Positions 37,679 to 48,105 of a stretch of DNA of 64,000 nucleotides are shown piece by piece. The DNA is from Proteobacteria bacterium SG_bin4 (GTDB lineage: Bacteria; Pseudomonadota; Gammaproteobacteria; Burkholderiales; Nitrosomonadaceae). Under the pieces are notes generated by a model. The model did no database searches. It was not told the origin of the DNA and saw nothing but the letters and a program-made list of their open reading frames with translations. The first letter of the stretch is position 1. The number at the start of each line of letters is the position of its first letter. Location of the stretch: assembly GCA_002083395.1 (NCBI GenBank), contig LWDH01000035.1, positions 41,403-105,402 of the forward strand, given 5' to 3'. Made by a program: the position numbers and the translations under genes.

Positions 37679-39748
37679 TCAAAGCGACTTAAGGAACTCA
37701 ATCAAGTCCAATCGTTGTTCTTTATTCAGAGCTGGAAGAATGGAGCCGTCAGGTAGCGGCGTCCGTCCGGAGGCATACTCATGACCCTCGTTATAATTCC
37801 CCCAAATATGGGTGCGGAATAAAAATCCTTGATATCCTGTTGTCTTAAAACCCACTTTTTCGGGATCGAATTCACGCGAGCCGACCATGAATTCGTCTGG
37901 ACGATATTCACCGTCATCAGGATCGCCGGGACGCTTTTTAGGCAATAGCAAATCATAGAGCGTTGGAACAGAACCGTTATGCAAATAGGGCGCTGTAGCC
38001 CAGATACCGTTCAAAGGCCGCGCCTTATAGGCCATTGCGGATGCAAAAGGAGATACGGTGCTGTCGGGGGCATAGTTGCCAGTCTTTAAAGATGATCGCA
38101 CCTCATTATCAAAAAAGGTGTAGGCGAAATCGAACGATCGCTCGAGCCATCGCCGGATAAACCATGTGTCGTTGTCGGGGGTGGTGACGACATTGCGCGT
38201 TGCTGCGGTTAGCAGCGCCACAACGGGTGCTTGTTGCTGCAATAAAATATCTCCGGTGCTGACGCTCACATACTGATTTCTTAAGATGCCGCTATAACCG
38301 GGAAATTCAATTGCATTTGTCGCCATTTTTGAATCTGTCCCAACCGAATGAACCGAGATCATTCGAGCGACAATCCGCCGATCCGGGTCAGTGCGATTGA
38401 TAAGGCTATGGCAGGCGGCGCAGTACTCCGAATAAATTTCCGCGCCTCGAGCCATTCGTGTTTTGTCGATGCGCGGCAGGATATGCTCAGGCCATGACGG
38501 GGAAGTTAATTTGCGCAGATGATTTTCCACCCGGCGCAGATTCCGGATATCGATTGAGGACTGGAAGTCGATATGTTTAGAACCGAATCCTTGCCCGCCT
38601 AATACCGAAGATAAAGTGAAACCGTCCTTTTCCTGCCAATCCAATGTCGCGAAAACGCCAATGACCTGCCCGGCGTTGCGAGCCATAGGTCCTAATCCGC
38701 TATTATCAACCCGGCCATTCCATTGGATATAGTCATGCTGCGGAACATCCCAGAGAAAAGGGTAACTGACGGGTGCATCGGCCGGGTTATAGATTTTGTT
38801 GCGTAGCCGGATCAATTGTTTGTCGGTTAAAAAATTTTGAGTTTTTTCTATCACGTGATCGCGATCTTGGCTGCTCAAAACCGATTCGACATTGGACAGG
38901 ACTGTTGCCAGTTCATCTTCGGACAGAATGTCAGCCAGCAACTCGCGTAGTTGCTGCGCGCTCATAATATGTTCCAACACACGATTATAAATCCGTCCGA
39001 ATGCATCCAGCCGGGCGTAGCCATAGCGTGTCAGCGGGCGTTTGCTATCTCGCGGTGAGTTGATGATGGTGTACGTTTTAATGCGCTGGGTGTATTTCTT
39101 GAGATCGGACAAAATATCGCTAGCGTTATCGTAGCCGTCTCGTTTCAACACATTCGCGATAAAACGATCCCGTTTTTCAGGATTTTCCAGGGTAGCGTGC
39201 AGGGCGGCTGCCAGGTCCACCATGAAGGTTTCCATATCGGAATTTGCCGGTCCGCCATCGATGCGTATTCCAGTGCCTTGGTAATTGATTTGCGTGGTGT
39301 GACAAGCCGCGCAGGTGAATCCCATATAGGCTTTGCCTTGATATTCGTCACGTACCATACCGGCAGGGAGACCGTCCGGATTGCTGGCGGTTGGCCGCTG
39401 CGGAAGATAACCGTACCGATCCATATTTTCATTACTGCGGAACAAAGCCGTAGAGTCCGCTTGCTCAAGCGCTAGAAAAAAACTATACGGCAATAAATTG
39501 GAACCTTGCGTGACGGCATAGAACCACAGGCTATCGGCGGCAGACCAACCCTGATCAAGATAGGCAATTCGTGAGAAAGAGCCGCTAAATTTGTCTGTGC
39601 CGCTAGTAATCGCGCCGCGCTCTGCATCGGCGTCGCGTAATTCGTACGAACGCCAGGAAATCCCAACTACAAGCCATGTCATCGCTAATAGGATGATTAT
39701 CAGTAGTAATTTTTTCAATGGATAACTTCTTCGATGCTTGGGGTTCAT
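37679..39748 (-). CDS. Large di-heme c-type cytochrome (CCP/MauG superfamily, RoxA-like)
   Basis: 689 aa with an N-terminal signal anchor. It has two CxxCH motifs (CAACH at residues 146-150 and 443-447). YPFLWD and APYLHNGSVPTL blocks are typical of di-heme peroxidase-like proteins. Confidence 0.75.
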   Translation of the reverse strand: MNPKHRRSYPLKKLLLIIILLAMTWLVVGISWRSYELRDADAERGAITSGTDKFSGSFSRIAYLDQGWSAADSLWFYAVTQGSNLLPYSFFLALEQADSTALFRSNENMDRYGYLPQRPTASNPDGLPAGMVRDEYQGKAYMGFTCAACHTTQINYQGTGIRIDGGPANSDMETFMVDLAAALHATLENPEKRDRFIANVLKRDGYDNASDILSDLKKYTQRIKTYTIINSPRDSKRPLTRYGYARLDAFGRIYNRVLEHIMSAQQLRELLADILSEDELATVLSNVESVLSSQDRDHVIEKTQNFLTDKQLIRLRNKIYNPADAPVSYPFLWDVPQHDYIQWNGRVDNSGLGPMARNAGQVIGVFATLDWQEKDGFTLSSVLGGQGFGSKHIDFQSSIDIRNLRRVENHLRKLTSPSWPEHILPRIDKTRMARGAEIYSEYCAACHSLINRTDPDRRIVARMISVHSVGTDSKMATNAIEFPGYSGILRNQYVSVSTGDILLQQQAPVVALLTAATRNVVTTPDNDTWFIRRWLERSFDFAYTFFDNEVRSSLKTGNYAPDSTVSPFASAMAYKARPLNGIWATAPYLHNGSVPTLYDLLLPKKRPGDPDDGEYRPDEFMVGSREFDPEKVGFKTTGYQGFLFRTHIWGNYNEGHEYASGRTPLPDGSILPALNKEQRLDLIEFLKSL

Positions 39749-39976
39749 ATTTGATTTATGCCATTGTTCAGCAAGCGTTCAGGTTTTGTTTGCTTAAATC
39801 CGGTGCAATTTTATGGGTAACTTCTCCAAATATTGAGTGTTGTTCTTAAACAACGATAAAAGCCCCTATTAAAGCTGATATTAATACTATGAAATGATTG
39901 ATTTCATATATGATGATCAGCTCGTTTTGTGTGAAGAAGATGTGAAGAACTTCATGGTTTTTTTACAAAGGATGTT

Positions 39977-41395
39977 ATGCAAACTTATCTACTTAAGTAC
40001 CTGCTTCCAAGCTTAATCGTCATAATCGCATCAAATATCACTTTAGCGCAACCGATGGCTCCTCTTCCTTTAGGAGCGGATTCATTAAGACAGCCCGAGC
40101 CGTCATCACCCGCTGTGCGCGAAATGGCGCCAGCCATGGTGCCGTTCAAAAGTGAATTACCTAAGTCGGATGTGTCGTTGCCGGCGGGTGAAGCGCAAGA
40201 ACCGGCTGTACTGTATACCATAGAGGAAATACAACGCATCGGGTTAGAAGCGAACGGTCTTGTCCAAGCCGCTCGTTCGCAAATTAATATGGCGAAAGCT
40301 GGTGTAGTAGCAGCTTCCGCATTCCTCAATCCCGAAGTTACGGTAACGGCCGGACCTGATAGCAATCGCTACTCCTTGGCTATTACCGGACCTACATCGA
40401 TGCAGCGCTCTGTAACCGTTAATCAGCCGATTGAGAATCCTTTCATGCGTAGCGCTCGCATTAATGCATCGGAAGCCATTGTTGATGCCAGCCGCGCCAG
40501 CTTTGATCAAGTACGCGCCGATTTGGCAGCACAATTGCGTGTCCGCGCTTACGAATTGCTGTTGCGCCAAGAACAAGCCACCATTGAACAAGGTATTTAT
40601 GATTTATTAGAAACTCTGCGTAACCGCATTGCTGCCAATGTTGAAAGAGGTGAAGTCGCACGATTTGAATTAATTCGTGCCGACACAGAATTGCAGAGTG
40701 CAGCTAACCGCGCTCAAGCAGCACGCCTGACGGTGCAGCGTGCAAGAGTTTTGCTATTGCAATTGTTGGCGGGCGCAATTCCAGGCAATTTTCAAATTAG
40801 AAATTCTTTGAAAGACCCTATTCAGTTGCCCTCGCTGGAAGAATTGCGCGAACAAGTACCTAAAATCAATCCCGATGTCATGCGCCTGCAAGCAGAACAG
40901 GAACGAGCCAATCATCGAATCAGTCAAGAAAAAGCTTCTGTATTGCCACAAATCAGTGTGTTGTACACCAATTATCAGGATGCGCAATTCACATCCAATA
41001 TTGCCGGTGCGAGTGTTCGAATTCCGATCTGGTACCGTCGCCGCGGTGAAATCGATACTGCCATTCATGATTCTGCACGTATCCGGGAAACGCTCGAATT
41101 CCGCCGCTACGAAATCAGCCAATTATTTGAGGCAGCATGGCAAGCCTTGGAAATTGCGCAACGGCGAGTGGACATATTTGAAGGCGGTTTGATCAAAGAA
41201 GCAGAAAATGTCGTGCAAGTCGCCCAGACTGCTTATCGATTTGGTGAACGTGGTTTAATCGAGTTTCTCGATTCGCAACGCATTTTCCGCGGCATCATAA
41301 GCGATTCCATGCTGGCACGTTTTGAACTGCAATCGGCAGCCGCTGAAATTGATCGTCTGCGCGCACATTATCCCAAGGAGTTAATTCCAGAATGA
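39977..41395 (+). CDS. TolC-family outer-membrane efflux protein (CzcC/CusC-like)
   Basis: 472 aa. Signal peptide and two-repeat OEP architecture. It overlaps the next gene by 4 nt (ATGA). Confidence 0.85.
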   Translation: MQTYLLKYLLPSLIVIIASNITLAQPMAPLPLGADSLRQPEPSSPAVREMAPAMVPFKSELPKSDVSLPAGEAQEPAVLYTIEEIQRIGLEANGLVQAARSQINMAKAGVVAASAFLNPEVTVTAGPDSNRYSLAITGPTSMQRSVTVNQPIENPFMRSARINASEAIVDASRASFDQVRADLAAQLRVRAYELLLRQEQATIEQGIYDLLETLRNRIAANVERGEVARFELIRADTELQSAANRAQAARLTVQRARVLLLQLLAGAIPGNFQIRNSLKDPIQLPSLEELREQVPKINPDVMRLQAEQERANHRISQEKASVLPQISVLYTNYQDAQFTSNIAGASVRIPIWYRRRGEIDTAIHDSARIRETLEFRRYEISQLFEAAWQALEIAQRRVDIFEGGLIKEAENVVQVAQTAYRFGERGLIEFLDSQRIFRGIISDSMLARFELQSAAAEIDRLRAHYPKELIPE

Positions 41396-42546
41396 ATGCC
41401 AAGTTACTATTAATCGGCCTTACGGCTGTTACTGTTTTATTGTCAACGGGTTGTGGAAGTAACGATTCGAACGACGAGAAAAGTACGCAATCATCTGAAG
41501 AACGGGATTTTAACCATATTGTCGCGCGGCCTGAGGTACTACCTCGGCTGGAATTGGGGCATCCATTTTTGGTTGATTTGGCCGACAAAATTCAAGTGCC
41601 AAGCCGGGTGACGGTCGATGAAGAAAGAACCGCGCATATCGGATCCTATATTACCGGACGAGTCACCGATATGTTTGTCATTCTGGGCGACTACGTCAAG
41701 CCGGGGCAACCGCTGGCACGGGTTACCAGCCCTGATCTGACAAATTCACAATTAGCGTATTTGCGTGCCTTATCACGGGAAGTTGTGACCTCCAAAGCCT
41801 ATGAACGTGCAAGGCATTTGCTTGCTGCTGATGCGATTCCGGTGGCCGAAGTCGAGCGCCGGCAATCGGAATTAGAAATCGCGCAAGCAGAATTGGCTGC
41901 AGCAACCGACCAATTGCGATTGTTCGGTTTGGGAGATGCAGAATTAAAAACGCTGAATAAAAAAAGAAAAGTTTTACCGTGGCTGGATATTAAGGCAACC
42001 CGGGAAGGTTATGTGATTGCTCGTAATGTATTGGTCGGTCAGGTGGTACAACCGTCCGATCCGTTGTTTCAAATAGCCGACTTATCGCATGTCTGGGTGG
42101 TCGGAGATGTTCCCGAACAAATCGCGCGCGATGTCGAATTGGATCAACATGTCGAAATCCAGGTGCCCGCATTAAATCAGCAACTGGACGGCATCATCAT
42201 CTTTGTTTCCGATACGGTTAACCGGCTAACACGTACGGTCATGACGCGCGTGATGGTGGAAAATCCGGAACGTAAACTGAAACCGGATATGATGGCCAAC
42301 ATGCACATTACCGATTCGGACCATAAAGTGCTCGTGGTGCCCGAATCTGCAGTCGTGCGTGAATTAAATCAGGATTATGTGTTTGTCGCATTGACGGATA
42401 ACGAATTTCAACGCGTGCCGGTTGAATTGGCCAAAGAAGTGGCGAATCTACGGCCAATAGTGAATGGATTGACCATCGAACAACGCATTGTCACTTCCGG
42501 TGCTTTTCATTTGGATAGCGAGCGCAAGCTTGCCGAATTGGAGTAA
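41392..42546 (+). CDS. RND efflux periplasmic adaptor (membrane fusion protein, CzcB/CusB-like)
   Basis: 384 aa. Lipobox LSTGC. HlyD-like barrel-sandwich and beta-barrel pattern. Confidence 0.85.
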   Translation: MNAKLLLIGLTAVTVLLSTGCGSNDSNDEKSTQSSEERDFNHIVARPEVLPRLELGHPFLVDLADKIQVPSRVTVDEERTAHIGSYITGRVTDMFVILGDYVKPGQPLARVTSPDLTNSQLAYLRALSREVVTSKAYERARHLLAADAIPVAEVERRQSELEIAQAELAAATDQLRLFGLGDAELKTLNKKRKVLPWLDIKATREGYVIARNVLVGQVVQPSDPLFQIADLSHVWVVGDVPEQIARDVELDQHVEIQVPALNQQLDGIIIFVSDTVNRLTRTVMTRVMVENPERKLKPDMMANMHITDSDHKVLVVPESAVVRELNQDYVFVALTDNEFQRVPVELAKEVANLRPIVNGLTIEQRIVTSGAFHLDSERKLAELE

Positions 42547-42552
42547 CTCGGG

Positions 42553-45500
42553 ATGAAAGCTATCGTTAGTGCCATGCTAAGACAGCGCTTGATCGTGCTG
42601 ATTATGGGTTTAATCCTATGCGCTGCCGGTGTCGGCGCAATCAAAGTTCTCTCAGTCGATGCATTTCCCGATGTCACCAACATTCAGGTACAAGTGGCTA
42701 CAGTCGCCATTGGCCGCAGCCCCGAAGAAATGGAAAGATTGGTGACGGTACCGGTCGAGATCGCGATGACCGGCTTGCCGGGTCTGGTTGAAATGCGTTC
42801 CATGAATAAGAGTGGATTGTCACTGATCACATTGGTTTTTACCGACCAAACCGACGTATTCTTTGCACGGCAATTGGTGATGGAACGCATCATCGACGTG
42901 ACACCGCGGTTGATACCCGGCATTACCCCGGTTCTCGGTCCGGTTTCAACCGGCCTGGGTGAAGTGTATCAATATACGATTGATCACCCGGATGACGGAA
43001 AACGCCAGCTCACCGTCGAGGAACTGATGGAGCGGCGCACCGTGCAGGATTGGGTGGTGCGTCCGATGCTGCGCTCGATTCGCGGTGTCGCGGAAGTCAA
43101 TTCAATGGGTGGACATGTCAAAGAATATCAAGTCTACGTTGATCCAAACAAATTGCGGCATTACGATTTAACCTTGACCGATGTGGATCGCGCCTTAGCC
43201 AACAATAACGCCAATGCCAGCGGCAACATTTTGGCATTACAGTACGAACAATATCTGATCCGTGGTGTCGGCTTGATCGCTACATTGGATGATATCCGCA
43301 ATATTATTCTGCGCGAAATGGACGGCGTGCCGGTTTACGTGCGCGATGTCGCACATGTTACCTTCGGCGGCGAAGTGCGTCAGGGGGCGAGCATTAAAAA
43401 CGGTGACACCGAAGCGGTGGCCGGTATCGTGATGATGTTGCGCGGCGGCAATGCGAAGGAAATTGTCGGGCGCATTAAGGAAAAAGTAAATGAAGTGAAT
43501 GAAAAAGGGATGTTGCCGAATGGCTTGCAAATCGTCCCTTTTTATGACCGTACCGATCTGGTCGATAGTGCATTGGGGACGGTGCAAAGCACACTGACAG
43601 AATCCCTGATTCTGGTAATCGTGGTGTTGTCGATTTTTCTGGGTACTGTGCGTACCAGCATCGTCGTGTGTTTTACGCTCATTATTACACCGCTGGTTAC
43701 TTTCCTGGTGATGAATTATTACGGCCTGCCGGCTAATCTGATGTCGTTGGGTGGCTTGACGATTGCTTTGGGCATGATGGTCGATCCGACTGTGGTGGTA
43801 GTCGAGAACATATACCAGCGCTTAGGCGAGGCGAAAGACAGCGGAAAATCGAAATTCGATGTTATCGTCGATGCGACCGCCGAGGTCGGTACGCCGGTTA
43901 TCTTCGGTTTGATCGTAACGGTGCTGGTTTTCTTGCCGCTGATGACGCTGGAAGGCATGGAAGGCAAAACTTTCAGTCCACTGGCCGTCACGATTTCGAT
44001 TTCACTGTTTATTGCACTGATCGTATCGCTATTGTTATCGCCAGTGCTGAGTGACTATTTAATCAAAGGCGGCAGTGAACAAGACACCAAAATCGTTGCG
44101 ACGATGAAAAACGCTTATTTGTGGTTTTTCGATCTGGCGTATAACAATCAGAAAAAAACCATGATCATTGCCATCAGCTCGTTAGCGGTTGCGATCGCAT
44201 TGTTTCCGTTGCTCGGTAAATCATTCATTCCGATCATGAAAGAAGGCGCGATTACGCCGGTGATTATACGTGCGCCATCGATTTCTCTGGACGAAGCGAT
44301 CAAAATCGAAACCGAGGCGATGAAATTGATTGCTGCGGTCCCCGGTGTTAAATCGGTGGTTTCCAAATTAGGCCGGGGCGATACCCCTGCCGATCCGGCA
44401 TCGCAAAACGAATCCGATCCGATCGCCGATTTGGATTTGGAGGGGTCGGGCCGTACTCAAGCCGAGATCGAGGAAGATATTCGTAAAGCATTATCGGTAC
44501 TGCCGGGTGCCAATATTGTGCTTTCGCAACCGATTGCGCAGCGTGTCGATGAAATGTTGACCGGTGTGCGTTCACAAGTCGCGATCAAGATTTTTGGAGA
44601 CGACCTGGAACAACTGCGCAAACTTTCCGAGCAAGTCGCGCGTATTGTTAAATCGACGCCGGGGGCGCGGGATATCCGTATCGAACGCTTGTCCGGCCAG
44701 CAGGAATTGACAGTTAATATTGATCGCCGTGCAATTGCCCGTCACGGTCTGAATGTGTCTGATGTCAATGAGATGATCGCTACGGCGGTGGGCGGTAAGT
44801 TTGTATCGCAAGTTTTTGAAGGCGAGCGGCGTTTTACTTTGTTGTTACGTTTTCCTGAAGAATTCCGGCACGATGTGGAAGCTATCAAAGAGCTATTGCT
44901 AAGACCTGCGATCCGAACGCCAAATGGCGCAGGATCTGGAAGTATGCTGATACCGCTGAGCGCGGTAGCAGATATACAAGTTGTCGATGGTCCGGCGATC
45001 ATTTCGCGTGAATTTGCAAGGCGCAGGGTGGTTATTGGTGTGAATGTGCATGGCCGCGATTTGGGCGGGTTTGTTGCCGAACTGCAAGAACGTACTGCAA
45101 AGGAAATTAGATTACCATCCGGCTATTATTTTGTTTGGGGTGGTCAGTTTGAAAACATGGAACGCGCGATGGCGAAACTGAGCATTATCGTACCGATTAC
45201 GCTCGCCGCGATTTTCTTCATGCTGTTCACCTTATTCAATTCAGTCAAAATGGCGGTGCTGATTTATCTGGTATTGCCGTTCGCATCGGTCGGTGGTGTC
45301 GTGGGGCTTTTCCTTACCGGGCAATACTTGTCGGTACCTGCATCGGTCGGCTTTATCGCGGTATGGGGAACTTCCATCTTGAATGGTGTTGTATTGATTT
45401 CGTTTCTGCGCGAATTGCGTCAGAAAGGATTAAACGTAAGAGATGCGGCCCGGCAAGCCTGTTCTCAGCGTTTCCGTCCGGTCATGATGACCGCTGCGAC

Positions 45501-45741
45501 TACCGTGCTGGGACTGGCGCCTTTCCTTGCCGCAACGGGATTGGGTTCCGAAATTCAAAAACCGCTCGCTGTGGTGGTTATTTTCGGATTGACGACAGCG
45601 ACGATGATGACGATGGTGGTGATGCCGATGATTTATCGCTGGTTTGACGATATACCGGATAAAAAGCTACCTGAACCCGATAACCAGCCTGAGCTTTTAC
45701 CTTTGGCTGATGAAGGACAAAATTCTGTCAAGAACTCCTGA
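42553..45741 (+). CDS. Heavy-metal efflux RND pump, CusA/CzcA family
   Basis: 1062 aa with the 12-TM RND layout. TM4 carries GMMVDPTVVVVEN (D..EN proton relay). The size and N-terminus are typical of HME-RND. The metal specificity cannot be read from the sequence. Confidence 0.95.
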   Translation: MKAIVSAMLRQRLIVLIMGLILCAAGVGAIKVLSVDAFPDVTNIQVQVATVAIGRSPEEMERLVTVPVEIAMTGLPGLVEMRSMNKSGLSLITLVFTDQTDVFFARQLVMERIIDVTPRLIPGITPVLGPVSTGLGEVYQYTIDHPDDGKRQLTVEELMERRTVQDWVVRPMLRSIRGVAEVNSMGGHVKEYQVYVDPNKLRHYDLTLTDVDRALANNNANASGNILALQYEQYLIRGVGLIATLDDIRNIILREMDGVPVYVRDVAHVTFGGEVRQGASIKNGDTEAVAGIVMMLRGGNAKEIVGRIKEKVNEVNEKGMLPNGLQIVPFYDRTDLVDSALGTVQSTLTESLILVIVVLSIFLGTVRTSIVVCFTLIITPLVTFLVMNYYGLPANLMSLGGLTIALGMMVDPTVVVVENIYQRLGEAKDSGKSKFDVIVDATAEVGTPVIFGLIVTVLVFLPLMTLEGMEGKTFSPLAVTISISLFIALIVSLLLSPVLSDYLIKGGSEQDTKIVATMKNAYLWFFDLAYNNQKKTMIIAISSLAVAIALFPLLGKSFIPIMKEGAITPVIIRAPSISLDEAIKIETEAMKLIAAVPGVKSVVSKLGRGDTPADPASQNESDPIADLDLEGSGRTQAEIEEDIRKALSVLPGANIVLSQPIAQRVDEMLTGVRSQVAIKIFGDDLEQLRKLSEQVARIVKSTPGARDIRIERLSGQQELTVNIDRRAIARHGLNVSDVNEMIATAVGGKFVSQVFEGERRFTLLLRFPEEFRHDVEAIKELLLRPAIRTPNGAGSGSMLIPLSAVADIQVVDGPAIISREFARRRVVIGVNVHGRDLGGFVAELQERTAKEIRLPSGYYFVWGGQFENMERAMAKLSIIVPITLAAIFFMLFTLFNSVKMAVLIYLVLPFASVGGVVGLFLTGQYLSVPASVGFIAVWGTSILNGVVLISFLRELRQKGLNVRDAARQACSQRFRPVMMTAATTVLGLAPFLAATGLGSEIQKPLAVVVIFGLTTATMMTMVVMPMIYRWFDDIPDKKLPEPDNQPELLPLADEGQNSVKNS

Positions 45742-45763
45742 TCTTTTTATTGGTAGCCTTGTT

Positions 45764-45802
45764 GCAGCACTGTAATTTCATCTATTGCAGTGCTGCTTTT
45801 TT
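45764..45802. terminator. Bidirectional rho-independent terminator
   Basis: Stem GCAGCACTG (45764-45772), 15-nt loop, stem CAGTGCTGC (45788-45796), then TTTTTT. It lies between a convergent gene pair. Confidence 0.7.
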
Positions 45803-47063
45803 ATAGCACCCGGAAAGCAATGATGGTTACGATTGTTGGTGGCAGTGCGGCGATCAATAAACCAAGCGGATGAATCGTTTGTTCTTCGAATTTGCTGCGT
45901 AAAATGGCAAATCCGGCAGGGTTTGGTGCATTGGCGATTACCGTCAAACCGCCGCCGGTTACTGCGCCGGCGACCAGTGCCACTTTGAATTCATCGGTCA
46001 GTCCTTCCACCAATGAACCCAAATACGTTAATGCCGCATTATCGGTAATCGCTGTTAAGGCCGCTGCGCCGAAGAATACTGCGGTATCGTCCATATCCAT
46101 CAGCAATGGTTGCAGCCACCACTGTTGTTGCCCGCCAAGCACCACCAAACCGGCAAGAAAGAATGCCACCAATAGCGCCTCTCGCAAAATTAGAGGATTC
46201 TGATATTGTTGATACGCTGTGGTAAATCCCAGGAAGAACAAAAAAATGCCCATGAATGCCGCTGGGTGATGCGCAAAAACAACTACCAAGGTAAGAAAAA
46301 TTAAATGTATCAGGACAATAGAGGCGGGCATTTTAGTTTCATTGCTATCGGTAGTTTTCTGACTCATATGCCCTAGTTGATGCCGGAACAATAGCATTGC
46401 CGAGGCGGCGTTGATAAAAACAGCCACAGCGGCTTTCCAGCCGAACGTCGAAACCATGAACCACAGATCCCAATTCCATTTGCTGGCTACCATTAATACC
46501 GGCGGTGCGGCAAACGGTGTCAATGTGCCGCCGATGGAAATATTCACAAACAGAACGCCTACTGTTACATATTTCAGTTTGGTGGAGACTTCTCTATTAA
46601 ACAACATGTCGCGCAGCATTAATGCCGCCAGTGTCATGGCCGCCGGTTCGGTAATGAAGGAGCCGAGCAATGGAACGAAAGCCAGCACTAGAAAATACAG
46701 CGCCATGCCGCGATTGATTGGTACGTAATTGGCAATCCACTTTACGGAGGCAGCAGTAAAATCCAGAATAGGGCGTGTACCGGCTATGACCATAATGACA
46801 AAAACGAACATCGGCTCGGTAAAGTCACGCGAATCAAGATATCCCATTGCTTCTGACTTGCCGCTCAGGACCAGCATAGTCAATATCAATACCATTGCCC
46901 AGAAACCGAAAACCACTTCCACCTCGCCCAGCAAATGCCAGATACCGGCGTGTTTTGGCTGGATATGAGCCAAATGTTCGAAGTACTTGGTCGAAAAAGT
47001 ATGTATGACCGCTATTGTAAAAAGCGAAGCGGCGATAACTTGTATGGTTGTAGGATTCATCAT
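45801..47063 (-). CDS. Polytopic inner-membrane transporter-like protein (possibly of the putative Na+/H+ antiporter family)
   Basis: 420 aa with at least 10 predicted TM segments. My family assignment from memory is weak. Confidence 0.6.
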   Translation of the reverse strand: MMNPTTIQVIAASLFTIAVIHTFSTKYFEHLAHIQPKHAGIWHLLGEVEVVFGFWAMVLILTMLVLSGKSEAMGYLDSRDFTEPMFVFVIMVIAGTRPILDFTAASVKWIANYVPINRGMALYFLVLAFVPLLGSFITEPAAMTLAALMLRDMLFNREVSTKLKYVTVGVLFVNISIGGTLTPFAAPPVLMVASKWNWDLWFMVSTFGWKAAVAVFINAASAMLLFRHQLGHMSQKTTDSNETKMPASIVLIHLIFLTLVVVFAHHPAAFMGIFLFFLGFTTAYQQYQNPLILREALLVAFFLAGLVVLGGQQQWWLQPLLMDMDDTAVFFGAAALTAITDNAALTYLGSLVEGLTDEFKVALVAGAVTGGGLTVIANAPNPAGFAILRSKFEEQTIHPLGLLIAALPPTIVTIIAFRVL

Positions 47064-47133
47064 GACAATTTGAGTATGGTGAAGTGGTTCACGATATTAA
47101 GAAATGACCATAATAATAGCATCAGCTATTGGA

Positions 47134-47919
47134 TTAATGATTTAATTCGGACAGGAAAGACCGGATGCGTTGAGCGTTCACCCCAAGATCGCCCTTTCCG
47201 ACTCTGGAAACCGATCGCATATCAACGCGTGTTCGATTGCCTTCGGTTTGAATCCGAATCACCACATCATCTTTAAATCCCATCAAGAGGGTAGTGTCGG
47301 TTGCTTCGATCCGGCCATTGGCGGCGGATACCAAAGCGATTTCCCAGCCGCGTTGTTTTACCAGCGTAACCGCTTGCTCGAACACTTGCTCGAAGGGCCG
47401 GTCAATGAATAGCGTGCTCAGATCGGCGTAATGTTCTTGTTGCAGATTGATCAAGTTCTCCGGATCAGAACGGTCCAGCGGATTGTCGCTGGTTGATCGA
47501 AGCGCTGGAATGGCAATAAATTCAGGGGGATTTTGCAAGTCGGTGGAAATATCATGGATCATCGGCTTTCCAATACCCGTCACAGCGGTTGCAAGCAGCG
47601 GAACGACGATCAGTAACGCAAGCGTCGAGCCGCCAAGCGTTGCGGCAAGCTCTGGTTCCTTAGCTTGCTTGGCGCGCCAGGTTCCGACTGCTCCGAAAAA
47701 AATCGCGAACAATCCGCTGGCGGCGCTCAGAAGAAGTCCTAACAAAGCCGCGCGGTAATCGATCAGACCCAGACGGTGGCAAATGATCGCGAGCAAAGCA
47801 AGGATGGCGGCAAGTACCGCCGTTTTCATGCTTCGGGCGGTCAAATCGGACCGTTGTTTGATGATAGCTGGGGCCGGTTGCGCGGGAATACTTTTTCTTT
47901 TGTTTTTGGTCGGTTTCAT
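47134..47919 (-). CDS. Membrane protein with a C-terminal DUF1499-like domain
   Basis: 261 aa. Three or four N-terminal TM helices, then an HDISTDLQNPPEF block as I recall from DUF1499 proteins. Confidence 0.5.
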   Translation of the reverse strand: MKPTKNKRKSIPAQPAPAIIKQRSDLTARSMKTAVLAAILALLAIICHRLGLIDYRAALLGLLLSAASGLFAIFFGAVGTWRAKQAKEPELAATLGGSTLALLIVVPLLATAVTGIGKPMIHDISTDLQNPPEFIAIPALRSTSDNPLDRSDPENLINLQQEHYADLSTLFIDRPFEQVFEQAVTLVKQRGWEIALVSAANGRIEATDTTLLMGFKDDVVIRIQTEGNRTRVDMRSVSRVGKGDLGVNAQRIRSFLSELNH

Positions 47920-48105
47920 GATTGATGAAAATAAAAGAATTGTGGTTGCAATTTTTACTGGCCTTGGTGAAGATGTGCAATTGTATTAGGATTTTTTTCC
48001 TATGGCTTCTTGAATGATCGATCTCCGGTATTGTCTACGGGATTATTTGATTAACCTGCTGATTTAGCGATTAGACTGTTTTTTATTGTTCCGGCGCTAC
48101 CTTTC

